From Flavobacteriales bacterium (GTDB lineage Bacteria > Bacteroidota > Bacteroidia > Palsa-965), in the NCBI GenBank assembly GCA_040377305.1, contig JBEIPA010000018.1:32001-96000 (forward strand): 64,000 bases of DNA. The letters run 5' to 3'. The notes under the pieces are model-generated. The model saw nothing but the letters and a program-made list of their open reading frames with translations, did no database searches and was not told the origin of the DNA. The position numbers were made by a program, and so were the translations under genes. Positions 28,907 to 39,105 of this stretch are shown here, one piece after another. Numbering within the stretch: position 1 is the first letter of the stretch; each line of letters starts with the position of its first letter.

Positions 28907-28912
28907 GAATTA

Positions 28913-30100
28913 TTAGCGAACCAGGGCATCCTTCTTCATCATCTCCCCCAACCTGTAATCATGATTGCAATTCTCGTACTTCATTGCAGTACGGAATTCT
29001 TTCATTGCATTGACTGCAGCATCGTGAGGAGGAATCGTTTTCAGATTCGGTTTGCCGCACCAGGTGATCACATCTTTCCAGGTGGTTGAAACGTTGATGG
29101 CGTTGAGTGACGCATAACCATTCGGATGTTTCTTCCACGTCCAGAAACACCAGCCAACAAATTTGCTGTCGGGAGCGTTGAATGCGTCGAGTGTTTGCTG
29201 GAGCAAATCGTAGTTGTTCTCGCCCCATTCACCGCACCAAATAGGAACATCGAGTCGCTCGCGGGTTTGAATAAATGGATTCATCTTGTCCATCGGCTTT
29301 CCGCCCAACCAGGTGTAAATGTGGAAGCTGAACATCATGTTGTTGTCGGGCAGCTTCGTGAACATGGTAAAATCTTTCGCGAAATTGGTTCCTTCAATAA
29401 TCACCATGTGGTTATTGTCGACACTCCGAATTGCTTTGATGATGCGATCATACATCTCCAGTAGATCAGGCTTACTCGATGGTGCGGGTTCATTCAGCAA
29501 ATCATAACCTGCAATGATGGTTTTGTTTGCATAACGACTCGCTATTTTCATCCAGAGATTCACCGTGGCTTGCTTGTTCGATTCGGTCTTCCACAAATTT
29601 GTTTTGATGGGATCACAAACGAAAAAGTTAGACTGTCCGCCAACAGCACCGTGCATATCGATTACTGCATACACATGATACTTCTCGCACCAATGCAACA
29701 GCGAATCGAGAATCTTCCAGCCCGAATACGAAGTATATGTTGAATCGAAAATGCGGTGATTGATTGGAATGCGCACCACATTAAATCCAAGCTCGCTGAT
29801 TGCTTTGATATCGCTTTCGCCAATGAAATTCCGGTAAACATCTTCCTGCAGCGCGTCGAACTCTGCTTTTCCGGCAATCGTAGTCATGTTCTTTACGATG
29901 TCACCTTCCTTGGTTAAACCGCCACCCCATATCCAACCTTCCCAAAGCAACCAGCCACCCAGGTTCACACCTTTGAGCTGAATAGGTTTGCCGGTACTGT
30001 CGATAATGGTTTGTCCATCGCGGGAAATAAATGAGGAAGCCTGAATCGTGCACACATTCACGATCAGAAAGCACAACAGTATTTGTATTCTCATTTTCAT
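28913..30100 (-). CDS. Glycoside hydrolase family 5, secreted
   Basis: GVNLGGWL, VRIP, IDMH, YDLLNEP (acid/base), SFHIY, GEWG (nucleophile). Confidence 0.9.
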   Translation of the reverse strand: MKMRIQILLCFLIVNVCTIQASSFISRDGQTIIDSTGKPIQLKGVNLGGWLLWEGWIWGGGLTKEGDIVKNMTTIAGKAEFDALQEDVYRNFIGESDIKAISELGFNVVRIPINHRIFDSTYTSYSGWKILDSLLHWCEKYHVYAVIDMHGAVGGQSNFFVCDPIKTNLWKTESNKQATVNLWMKIASRYANKTIIAGYDLLNEPAPSSKPDLLEMYDRIIKAIRSVDNNHMVIIEGTNFAKDFTMFTKLPDNNMMFSFHIYTWLGGKPMDKMNPFIQTRERLDVPIWCGEWGENNYDLLQQTLDAFNAPDSKFVGWCFWTWKKHPNGYASLNAINVSTTWKDVITWCGKPNLKTIPPHDAAVNAMKEFRTAMKYENCNHDYRLGEMMKKDALVR

Positions 30101-30109
30101 AAATACAAG

Positions 30110-31084
30110 TTACATGGAATGTTTTTTATCCGGCAGCATATTCTTTTCTGTCCAGTCGAGTCGTTGCTGCATGGGCGACTTTCTATGTGCACAGCCTTCC
30201 ACCGGACAAACCGCACAACTTGGAGTAAGGCAAGGATCAGCATGAATAAAAAATTCCATCTCTGCTCCCATTTCTGTCTGCAACAAATGTTCCAAAGCTG
30301 AGACTTCTGTATGCGCTTCTTCGAGTGTATAATACCACGGCAATGTAATATGCGCATCTACATGCAGCACCGAACCATATTTCAGTACACGCAAATTGTG
30401 AATGTCAATCCATTGCGGCCTTCTCTTCTCGTTGAGAATCCGGATCATCAATTTAATCTTGTCCTGATCCTGTTCATCCAATAAATTCGCCAAAGACTCC
30501 CGCACGATTTTATATCCGGTGTACATGAGATAACTTGCGAGCAATAACGCAAGCGCGTTGTCTATCCATTTTAATCCGGTGAAATATATCAGCACCATTC
30601 CTACAACCAATCCTATACTGGAAATGGTATCGGAAATAAGATGTCTCCCGTTGGCAACCATCAAAGAAGAATCCTGACTCTTACCGCGCTTCACGAGAAA
30701 ATATCCCATGATGAAATTTATGCCTCCGGATAAGGCCGATAACATTGCACCGATTTCCGGTTTGTGGAATTCCGGTGGAGTAATCAATCCCTGTATTGAA
30801 TGGTAGAAAATAAATCCACCGGCCAGTGTGACTAACGCTCCTTCAAATCCGGCTGAAACAAATTCAATTTTGCCGTGACCGTACGGATGATCTTCATCAC
30901 GCGGACGCGCTGCATACATCATGCTGAACATAGCGAATGTACCCGCAGCAACGTTTACGATACTCTCAAATGCATCTGTTAGAATTGCATTGGAATGGGT
31001 AATGTACCACGCAAAAAACTTCAGGCCCATCAGCAGAACGCTGAAGAGCAACATTACTTGCATGACGCGTACTTTGCGCTTCAT
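30110..31084 (-). CDS. Cation diffusion facilitator transporter
   Basis: DEDHPYGHGKIEF, HLISD, DIHNLR; Cys-containing C-terminal tail. Confidence 0.92.
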   Translation of the reverse strand: MKRKVRVMQVMLLFSVLLMGLKFFAWYITHSNAILTDAFESIVNVAAGTFAMFSMMYAARPRDEDHPYGHGKIEFVSAGFEGALVTLAGGFIFYHSIQGLITPPEFHKPEIGAMLSALSGGINFIMGYFLVKRGKSQDSSLMVANGRHLISDTISSIGLVVGMVLIYFTGLKWIDNALALLLASYLMYTGYKIVRESLANLLDEQDQDKIKLMIRILNEKRRPQWIDIHNLRVLKYGSVLHVDAHITLPWYYTLEEAHTEVSALEHLLQTEMGAEMEFFIHADPCLTPSCAVCPVEGCAHRKSPMQQRLDWTEKNMLPDKKHSM

Positions 31085-31126
31085 TTTTTCGGTTAAGAAA
31101 AAGCCCCGGTTTTCCGAGGCTCTTCC

Positions 31127-31996
31127 TTATTTAATGTTGATCAGATGCATATCGAATATCAGATCTGCTTTGCCAGGTATCATCGGCGGGCGACCATTTG
31201 CTCCGTACGCAAGTTGATAAGGAACAATAATTTGAGCCTTCTCTCCTTTGTGCAGCAAGTTCACAGCTTCTGTCCATCCTGCAATCATCGGCGCAACTCC
31301 ACACGCGTACGTGTAAGGCTGTCCGCGATCTACTGATGAATCGAACATATAACCGTTAAGCAAATAGCCGCTGTAATCGAGCGTAACTTGTTGTCCGCGT
31401 TTCGGAAGTGCACTATCCGGATGTGTTTCGAACATGATCATTTTCAATCCAGATGGAGTTGTGATCGTGTCTTTTCCGGTTCCATCCCACTTCGTTGGTT
31501 TCTTGATCACATCAACCACTTCCACTTCGAAAGTAAGATCGCTGTTTGCAGGAATTCCCGGACGGGCATTAGCACCATACGCATACTTCGCAGGCACTTT
31601 CATAATTGCTTTGTCTCCCGCGTGAAGATATTTCACAACAGAATCCCAACCTGCAATTACTTCGCCACCACGACCCGGATGAAATCCGTAAGGAACATTT
31701 CCATGACGGGAAGAAGCATCAAATACATTGCTCGTGTCGCCGGTGAAATAACCCTTGTACAAAACCAGTGCGCGATCCTCTGGAGTTTTCGGAAGAGGTC
31801 CGTTACCGGCATGGGTAATCGTGTACTCAATTCCGCAAGGCAACACCACGGCAACGGGCTTCTTTACTTTTTTAGAAGTCCACTTTCTTACCACACCATC
31901 TGCTGGTGGAGGATCTTTTTTTCCTTTCGCTGCCATGCAGGCAAATAGCCCTGCAACTCCAACGAAAATGATTAATGCGCTGTGACGGAATTTCAT
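31127..31996 (-). CDS. FKBP-type PPIase, two domains
   Basis: VIAGWD..IPANSDLTFEVEV and FDSS..MIAGW..IPGKADLIFD. Confidence 0.92.
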   Translation of the reverse strand: MKFRHSALIIFVGVAGLFACMAAKGKKDPPPADGVVRKWTSKKVKKPVAVVLPCGIEYTITHAGNGPLPKTPEDRALVLYKGYFTGDTSNVFDASSRHGNVPYGFHPGRGGEVIAGWDSVVKYLHAGDKAIMKVPAKYAYGANARPGIPANSDLTFEVEVVDVIKKPTKWDGTGKDTITTPSGLKMIMFETHPDSALPKRGQQVTLDYSGYLLNGYMFDSSVDRGQPYTYACGVAPMIAGWTEAVNLLHKGEKAQIIVPYQLAYGANGRPPMIPGKADLIFDMHLINIK

Positions 31997-32001
31997 ACTG
32001 A

Positions 32002-32949
32002 TTATTGTTCCATTGGTTTCGCTTCAACAACCTCTACTTCGAATACACGAGTAAGACTGTCGTTGTAACCTTGCTTCGGAGGAAGAATGAAAACAGATTT
32101 TCCTTTGTCTTTCATCTTCAATACGCTGTTCGTGAAGCCCGGGATCATCGGATCAAGACCAAGACGGAATGTCATTGGATCTTGTCCTTCAACCAATGTG
32201 TTTGCATCGAAAATTGTGCCATCGAGGTAAGTTCCTGTGTAACGGAGGCTCACCACCATTCCCGGCATCAATTGTACGCCAGTTCCCGGAACAGTTTCCT
32301 GATAGTAGATTCCGTTTTCATCAGGCTGTGCTGTGATTTTGTGTTTCGCGAGATAAGGCTTCAACAAAGAACCGTCGATTTTTTTCAACGACTTTGACAT
32401 GGAGTCTGCCTTCTGTTGGATAGGCATCATCACCGCCTGGATCTTCATCATCATATCCTGCTGCTTCTGACGTTCAGCTGCTGCTTTCGTCTGGAGCTCA
32501 TCAACTTTTGTTTTTGTGTAGATAGAGTCTACAGAAACAGTGAAGCCAAGGTATTCCATGGTGTCGTGTGCTGCATCGAATACGAACTCATCAGGATAAT
32601 ATTTCTTCAGTGAATCCATGCGAACGAAGAACGATACGCTATCGCCAACATGAAGACGGCTCATGATATCCAGGAAATCGCCTTTGAATTCTGAGCTATC
32701 CATGCGCATTGGATACGATGGAGAACGCGATTCTTTGTTCACGTCGATGAAGATGGAATCCTTCATGTCTTTGAACTTGATCTTGATGAAGATGGCTCCA
32801 CCTAATTCAACAGTTTCTTTTCCTTCACCTTTTTTGTGTGACTGGAACCAAGAACCGTTTTGTTCAGCCTCATAACCTGGCCACGGACTTACTGGACCGC
32901 AAGCAACCAGAAATGCTGCAGCAACGAATGCAAAAATTGACTTCTTCAT
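32002..32949 (-). CDS. FKBP-type PPIase lipoprotein
   Basis: Lipobox LVAC; YTGTYLDGTIFD, MIPGF. Confidence 0.85.
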   Translation of the reverse strand: MKKSIFAFVAAAFLVACGPVSPWPGYEAEQNGSWFQSHKKGEGKETVELGGAIFIKIKFKDMKDSIFIDVNKESRSPSYPMRMDSSEFKGDFLDIMSRLHVGDSVSFFVRMDSLKKYYPDEFVFDAAHDTMEYLGFTVSVDSIYTKTKVDELQTKAAAERQKQQDMMMKIQAVMMPIQQKADSMSKSLKKIDGSLLKPYLAKHKITAQPDENGIYYQETVPGTGVQLMPGMVVSLRYTGTYLDGTIFDANTLVEGQDPMTFRLGLDPMIPGFTNSVLKMKDKGKSVFILPPKQGYNDSLTRVFEVEVVEAKPMEQ

Positions 32950-32964
32950 TTTTTGATTTTGATA

Positions 32965-33816
32965 TTATCGGGTGTGCACTAATTCAACTGTATAAATCAC
33001 CGGCGTATTTGGAGGTACAATTCCAGCGGAACCTCCCGATCCAAAAGCCAGCCGCGAAGGTAAGATTATTTTAGCCTTTCCACCCTCCTGCATTCCTGCT
33101 AAAACGCGCTTGATTCCGGGTAAAACCTGCCCTTCGTCGCCCCAGGTAAATGAGAAACCACCATACGATTCACTGTCATCGAAAATACGACCGTTTAAAA
33201 GCTGACCTCTGAGAATGACTTCCACCGTATCGCCCTTCTCGGGTTTCTTGCCGGTGCCGGCCATATTCTCAATAAAAACCATTCCTACACTATCGGGAGT
33301 ATAAGTCACAGAATCACGGATGCAATACCTTTGGATCATGAGAATTTCGTCCGCATCAAAATCGCGTTTCGATTCCCGATCGGCAACTTCATCAGCGGTT
33401 AAGATGGCAACCACCTTCACGTTCATCACAATACTTCCGGTGTCGGGCATACCCGGAAGCAAAAGGTCGCTACCCGGAAGAATGAATGTTGCACTATCGC
33501 CTTCGGAAAGAACACTGAAGTAGCGACTTGCACTCGATTGCATGAAAATGGTTCCTGAGCCGGTTTCGAGTTGCGAATCATAGATCACTTCGTCGCCGAA
33601 TTTGTTGATCATGATTACTTCGTAGAAATCTTCTTCGCCCGCTTTCTTTCCGGATTCTCCGGGCATGTGAAGCATGTAATAAACGCCGGGTTCAGCTTCA
33701 GAATAACCCGGATATTTAGAATCATCTCCGCAGGAAGAAACTACCAGTAGAAACGGTAGTAGCAGTAAGAGCAAATTTCGGTGATGACTAGCGGAGAGAG
33801 TGCAACTTAATTTCAT
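32965..33816 (-). CDS. FKBP-type PPIase lipoprotein (start uncertain)
   Basis: VSSC lipobox-like; GQLLNGRIFD, VLPGI, AFG..VPPNTPVIYTVEL. Confidence 0.85.
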   Translation of the reverse strand: MKLSCTLSASHHRNLLLLLLPFLLVVSSCGDDSKYPGYSEAEPGVYYMLHMPGESGKKAGEEDFYEVIMINKFGDEVIYDSQLETGSGTIFMQSSASRYFSVLSEGDSATFILPGSDLLLPGMPDTGSIVMNVKVVAILTADEVADRESKRDFDADEILMIQRYCIRDSVTYTPDSVGMVFIENMAGTGKKPEKGDTVEVILRGQLLNGRIFDDSESYGGFSFTWGDEGQVLPGIKRVLAGMQEGGKAKIILPSRLAFGSGGSAGIVPPNTPVIYTVELVHTR

Positions 33817-34309
33817 ACATGACGCTTGAGCGCGGACCAATTTTGTCCTGATCGCCGGTTAAGCCATTCGCAAGATACGATGGCAGGATAAATCTCATTT
33901 TGTCGCCGGTCTGCATGAGCAATAAACCTTCATGCAAGCCCGATTCAACATAATCTTCTCCGACGCGAACATCTTTCAATGTGTCGCCTGAAGTGTAAAC
34001 TTTGCTTCCGTCGAGCAAATAGATATCGTAAGTGACCTGGGCTGTTAATCCCACTTTCGCGGAATCACCACTGCCCTCTTCCATCGTCATGTAGCGCACA
34101 CCGGTTTTGGTTTTGCTCATGGTCCAACTGTGACGAAGAATGTACTGGTCAATTTCGTCGTCCTGTCGTTGCGCATCCCATTGGTTCATCTGCTCGGAGA
34201 TATACTCCACTTCCTGCGTGGAAAGCGGCTTCTTCTTCTTATCGGGTTCTTCTTCAGAACACGAAAAAAGAAAAATGAATAGCGGAAGTATTGCGATTAT
34301 CCTGTTCAT
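33788..34309 (-). CDS. FKBP-type PPIase lipoprotein (GldI-like)
   Basis: Lipobox LFSC; GLHEGLLLM..GDQDKIGPRS; downstream of the DHH gene. Confidence 0.8.
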   Translation of the reverse strand: MNRIIAILPLFIFLFSCSEEEPDKKKKPLSTQEVEYISEQMNQWDAQRQDDEIDQYILRHSWTMSKTKTGVRYMTMEEGSGDSAKVGLTAQVTYDIYLLDGSKVYTSGDTLKDVRVGEDYVESGLHEGLLLMQTGDKMRFILPSYLANGLTGDQDKIGPRSSVMYEIKLHSLR

Positions 34310-34325
34310 TCTCTAATAACGAAGT

Positions 34326-35342
34326 TCAGGAGTTTTTAAGTTGTTCGCTGTAGTCTGGCAGCAGAGATTTGAACTTTTTAACAACGTCTTCCAGCGAAGC
34401 GTCTGAAATTCCACCAGCTGCGTTCATGTGTCCGCCTCCGCTGAAATTTGCTCTGGAAAACTGGTTCACATCAAATTTCCCTTTCGAACGGAAAGAACAC
34501 TTGATTTTTCCATCACGCTCGGAGAAAAACGCGGCAAATACAATTCCGCGAATGGTCAGTGCATAATTCACGAGTCCTTCGGTATCACCTTTCTTGTACT
34601 GGAATCGCTCGTGTTCTTCGTTACTCAGTGTGAAAAATGCTGTTTTGTATTCCATGAGAACCTGCAGCTTTTCACTGAGAGAAAATCCGAGAAGACGTAT
34701 TCTGCTTTCGTGATTATCGTCGTAAACACGATTATAAACTTCTGAATGTTTAGCTCCTCGTGCGATGAGATCAGCAACAACTCTGTGAGTAAATGCAGTC
34801 GTCGCCGGGAAACGGAATGAACCTGTATCGGTCATGATTCCCGCATAGAGGCAATCAGCAATAGCTCCATCAATAAAATCGAGTTGATTCATCTCGGCGA
34901 TGAATTCGTAAATCAATTCGCAGGTAGAGCTTGCTTCGGTTTTATGGAGGGAATATTTTGCAAAATCGGATGGTTGCGGATGGTGATCAATCATCACTTT
35001 CGGAATGTTGAGTGATGCGAGAAACTGCCCTACCACATTGATGCGACCGAGATCGTTAAAGTCGAGACAGAAAATAAGTTCCGACTGTGCGAAAGCATCT
35101 TTTGCTTTTTTCATGTCCTTCTCTGCGTTAATCACGGTGTCGTGACCTTTCATCCACCAGAGAAATTCAGGATAATCGTTCGGGACAATTACCGAAACGG
35201 TATGACCAGCTTTGATAAGATAGTTGCTCAATCCGAGTGATGAACCCATTGCGTCACCGTCGGGCGACCAATGTGTAACAATTGCAATCTTGCGAGGATT
35301 GGCGAGGAAAGGCTTAAGCGATTGGATAGATTCTGAGCTCAC
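34326..35342 (-). CDS. nrnA: DHH-family oligoribonuclease/PAP phosphatase
   Basis: [27 protein letters not shown]. Confidence 0.92.
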   Translation of the reverse strand: MSSESIQSLKPFLANPRKIAIVTHWSPDGDAMGSSLGLSNYLIKAGHTVSVIVPNDYPEFLWWMKGHDTVINAEKDMKKAKDAFAQSELIFCLDFNDLGRINVVGQFLASLNIPKVMIDHHPQPSDFAKYSLHKTEASSTCELIYEFIAEMNQLDFIDGAIADCLYAGIMTDTGSFRFPATTAFTHRVVADLIARGAKHSEVYNRVYDDNHESRIRLLGFSLSEKLQVLMEYKTAFFTLSNEEHERFQYKKGDTEGLVNYALTIRGIVFAAFFSERDGKIKCSFRSKGKFDVNQFSRANFSGGGHMNAAGGISDASLEDVVKKFKSLLPDYSEQLKNS

Positions 35343-35488
35343 AGAGGGAAATTCGGTGTTTTAGAGGGTCAAATTTAAGGTTAAAAGAGGCGGCATGGTC
35401 TTTCAAAGCAGAAATAATACCTACTTTTGCACTCGATTTCGACGTCCGTTTAGGTCTAGAAACAACTGAATTTCAACTAATCACAAAT

Positions 35489-35908
35489 ATGGCAACGAAT
35501 AGAACATTTACAATGATTAAACCTGATGCAGTTGGAAACAACTACATCGGACCAATTCTCGCAAAAATCAACGAAGCAGGTTTTCGCATTGTTGCAATGA
35601 AATACACTCGTTTGAGCGCAGAAATGGCTGGACGTTTTTATGAAATTCACAAAGAGCGCCCGTTTTACGGAGAACTCGTTGAGTACATGTCTTCAGGTCC
35701 AATCGTTGCTGCAATTCTTGAAAAGGACAATGCGGTTGCTGATTTCCGCAAACTGATTGGTGCAACTGATCCGTCTAAAGCTGAACCAGGAACTATCCGC
35801 GCAATGTATGCGAAGTCAATCGCTGCAAACGCAGTTCACGGTTCTGACTCTGACGAAAACGCTGAGATCGAAGGCAACTTCTATTTCGCGCAGACTGAAC
35901 GGTTCTAA
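35489..35908 (+). CDS. ndk: Nucleoside diphosphate kinase
   Basis: [22 protein letters not shown]. Confidence 0.97.
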   Translation: MATNRTFTMIKPDAVGNNYIGPILAKINEAGFRIVAMKYTRLSAEMAGRFYEIHKERPFYGELVEYMSSGPIVAAILEKDNAVADFRKLIGATDPSKAEPGTIRAMYAKSIAANAVHGSDSDENAEIEGNFYFAQTERF

Positions 35909-35923
35909 ATCGAATTCCGCTGT

Positions 35924-35963
35924 AAAAGGTCCTCTTGGCTTCTTGTCAGGAGGCCTTTTTTTT
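35924..35963 (+). terminator. Intrinsic terminator after ndk
   Basis: AAAAGGTCCTCTTGGC...GTCAGGAGGCCTTTTTTTT. Confidence 0.75.
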
Positions 35964-36138
35964 ACCACATAGATAATGTTGATGCCCGCCGTTTACTAAG
36001 GTGTTTGCGAAAAGCAAACAGAACATAGATTACATAGGGACATTCGATGTCAATTTTCCCTATGTATTCTATGTTCCGATTTCGTTTTTACGAAATCGCC
36101 TTTTAGAAAACAACAGTACTCAAACCTATGTGGTAAAA
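35960..36138. repeat. Multi-arm palindromic intergenic element (MITE/REP-like)
   Basis: Outer TTTTACCACATAG / CTATGTGGTAAAA; inner GAACATAGATTACATAGGGA / TCCCTATGTATTCTATGTTC. Confidence 0.75.
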
Positions 36139-36140
36139 TA

Positions 36141-38219
36141 TTAGAACTCAATTACCCTGGCACCCTGCTCTCCATTAACATGCACGGGAATCTTTCTACG
36201 CAAGCCTTCTTCCTTCCACTTCTCGACCCATTTTGATTTCACTTCGCCGGTGAGAATGATTTCGTTGGTCTCGACATCCTGCATTTCTTCCAGGAGCCAG
36301 AAGTTTTTTCCGTGAATGATAAATGCATCGAACGTAATGGCAGGAACCAGTGTATCCGGTCCTAGCCAGTAGTTCCGCTCGCCTTTGTTTAGAAATCCAT
36401 TCTGCAAACTGAATATTTCTGTTTTCGCGGAATCGGTTTCAGTGAGACTCACCTTATTGAATTCAGTTATTCCGATTTTTTTGTAACGCGGTTCAACATG
36501 AAAATTGAACTGATCCGGTTTCATGAGCGTCACACTATCCGTTATCAGGGTTACTTCCCCGTTCTCAACAATTCCGATAACCATTCCTTTGTTGATGTGG
36601 AAGATGGTGATTTCGTTTACAGAAGTGTTGAGACGTCGGCCCGCTGCAACGCATACAAATAAAATCACAAGACACGATGCTGTTGCAATCACGGCCCGTT
36701 TCATTTTCAGGTGGAAGGCAAACAGCACACCCGCAATCACAGCGTACAACAGAATTATTTCCAGCAAATTCCACCCTGATGTTTCGACAATGGCGGCAGG
36801 TAAATATTCGGTATAGCTCACAGAAGAATTCAATAGTGAAATCAGAAATCCGAATACAACAGCGAATACCGTTGCGAGCCATGTCCACCAGGAAACTGCA
36901 AGAAAAACTAATCCGGCATAAAGACAAATCGTCGAGAGCGGTATGATCACAAGATTAGTCAGAACAAACCATGTTGGAAATTGCTGGAAAAAATAAAGTC
37001 CGAGCGGAAACGTGAATACCTGTGCTGCGATTGTAACAGAAATCAGACTCCACAACGGTTTCATGATTTTGGAGCGAGGATTCCACCATGCTTCCACCAT
37101 AGGCTGCACGATTACGATTCCGGCTACTGCACAATACGAGAGAAGAAATCCTGCATCTTCTACAAGCAAGGGATCCATGATGAGCAGAATAATTGCAGAA
37201 GCAGCAAGTGTATTCAGCAAATGAGATTTTCGGTTGATGATTTTTCCGGTGATGATCACAGACAACATGGTCACCGAACGCAACACCGATGGAGACATGC
37301 CGGTCATGAATGCATAAAACCAAATCACGAAAAACTGTATCGCAAAGCTGATCCACTTTCCGTGTTTGCGTTTTTCCAGTGGAGCGAGCAGTTTCAGCAA
37401 GACAACGAACACCAGTGCGACGTGCATACCTGAGACAGAAAGCACGTGCAAAGTTCCGCTCGCAGAATACGAAGCCAGAAGTTGCGGATCGATTTCAGAA
37501 GCTTGTCCGAGCAACAGCGCCTCACTCACGGCGAGTTCTTGCCCGCTCAATCCGGCAACAATCATCCGTTCGCGGAAATAATTCCGGAGTTCCAGTGCAC
37601 GTGCCTTTACCCAAGATGGTTCGGTGTGACCTTTCTTCTGCCAATCTTCCTTCGCGAAACAAACGAAAGCAATTCCTTTTCGTTCCAGCCATCCTGCGTA
37701 ATCGAACTCGTCCGGATTCATTGGTGGTGTTGGCGATTGAACTCCTTTCATCACGAATAGTTCGTCGCCAAACCGAAGCAGTTCCGACATGGCATTACGT
37801 TGCACATACAACATTGTTTTAGCGTTGCACGGTTGCCATGCCGAGTCCACCAAAACTGCTGTTACTTCTGCGATGCAGCGAATGTTATTCTCCTTCGCTT
37901 CCGGATCGCTGAGAATGCGCACCATCACCGGAACCTCTTTTGTCACAGAAGCTTCGGAAGTGTCGAAGGAATTTTCGTGGTACTCGCGCAACATCATTCC
38001 GCTTGCGAGCATGAACAGAAAAATCACGATGCCATTTGCCGGATAAAACGAAGATGACTTTTTCAGCAGGAAATGTGTGGCGGCGACACCGATTAGTGCG
38101 GCACAACCGAAGACGATCAGAATGGCTGGCGATAAATCCCAAATGCATGCAGCGACAATTCCGAAGACGAACGGAATGAGAAGTCGCACCAGCGGGTATG
38201 GGGCAAGGAATTTTTGCAT
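36141..38219 (-). CDS. comEC: ComEC/Rec2 competence protein
   Basis: NPDEFDY, SGTLHVLSVSGMHV, SPSVLRS, GFLLSY. Confidence 0.93.
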   Translation of the reverse strand: MQKFLAPYPLVRLLIPFVFGIVAACIWDLSPAILIVFGCAALIGVAATHFLLKKSSSFYPANGIVIFLFMLASGMMLREYHENSFDTSEASVTKEVPVMVRILSDPEAKENNIRCIAEVTAVLVDSAWQPCNAKTMLYVQRNAMSELLRFGDELFVMKGVQSPTPPMNPDEFDYAGWLERKGIAFVCFAKEDWQKKGHTEPSWVKARALELRNYFRERMIVAGLSGQELAVSEALLLGQASEIDPQLLASYSASGTLHVLSVSGMHVALVFVVLLKLLAPLEKRKHGKWISFAIQFFVIWFYAFMTGMSPSVLRSVTMLSVIITGKIINRKSHLLNTLAASAIILLIMDPLLVEDAGFLLSYCAVAGIVIVQPMVEAWWNPRSKIMKPLWSLISVTIAAQVFTFPLGLYFFQQFPTWFVLTNLVIIPLSTICLYAGLVFLAVSWWTWLATVFAVVFGFLISLLNSSVSYTEYLPAAIVETSGWNLLEIILLYAVIAGVLFAFHLKMKRAVIATASCLVILFVCVAAGRRLNTSVNEITIFHINKGMVIGIVENGEVTLITDSVTLMKPDQFNFHVEPRYKKIGITEFNKVSLTETDSAKTEIFSLQNGFLNKGERNYWLGPDTLVPAITFDAFIIHGKNFWLLEEMQDVETNEIILTGEVKSKWVEKWKEEGLRRKIPVHVNGEQGARVIEF

Positions 38220-38338
38220 GGGTTTTGGCTAACCCCGCAAGAGTTTAACTCCTGCAGGGTTATGCGCGTGCGCGAGTATAAGAACTTCGTCTGGCGCTAG
38301 TCGGTTACAAACGTTTGTAAACGGATAAACACGCAAAT

Positions 38339-38451
38339 TCGCGCGTTTGCACAAACTTTTCCAAAGTTTGCCGACGATGTTGAATCGACCGTATAGATAC
38401 AGCGGTCATTTTTAAACTGTCGTCCAACTTTGGAAAAGTTGTGCAGCGCGA
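38339..38451. repeat. Long imperfect hairpin in the divergent comEC intergenic region
   Basis: TCGCGC..TGCACAAACTTTTCCAAAGTT ... AACTTTGGAAAAGTTGTGCAGCGCGA. Confidence 0.8.
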
Positions 38452-38467
38452 TTCCTATCTTAGAACC

Positions 38468-39010
38468 ATGAATCAAACAGTCTTTCAGGTTGAAGGCAAA
38501 CGTCACCGCGGTCCGGGTTATTTTTGGAAAGTATTATTATGTGTCGCTGTTGTTCTGATTGTCGGTGTCTTTACACTCTCTGATGGAAAGTTCATTTGGT
38601 TACGTCCAAGTCCTCTGCTCATCGCCATCATCTATTTCTCAACCCGGAATAAGAAAGACGACATCAAAGTTTTTGTCAACCAGCACAAAACCGATTTCGA
38701 ATTTGGCTACTACGACAAGGACAATAAATTGCAGGGACCGTTTCCGCTTGACGAGTATACGTACTGGGCGCACGAGCGTTCTCCAACGAATGGCGGCTGG
38801 AACATCGATTTGTATTTTCAGATCAACACGAAAGGTGCAACTGTTTATCTCAAAGAATCTATTGTTGCAAAAACTCCACCTGCAAACTGGACGCGCTCAA
38901 CGCAGAAATATGCAGATAATAACGGCGCTGTTTTCCTTGTTCCGGAATTACAGAGGCTGGTTGGTATTGTGGATGGCGTGGCCGCAGCAGAGACTTCGCA
39001 ATCCAATTAA
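38468..39010 (+). CDS. Hypothetical membrane protein
   Basis: Two N-terminal hydrophobic segments and a soluble C-terminal domain. Confidence 0.6.
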   Translation: MNQTVFQVEGKRHRGPGYFWKVLLCVAVVLIVGVFTLSDGKFIWLRPSPLLIAIIYFSTRNKKDDIKVFVNQHKTDFEFGYYDKDNKLQGPFPLDEYTYWAHERSPTNGGWNIDLYFQINTKGATVYLKESIVAKTPPANWTRSTQKYADNNGAVFLVPELQRLVGIVDGVAAAETSQSN

Positions 39011-39105
39011 AGCGGATTCTTCGACCCACGTTAACAAGGAATTTGATGCGCGACACTATATGGGTATCTTTTGCCAGTGAACGGCATTATTCTTCATAAA
39101 CCTCG

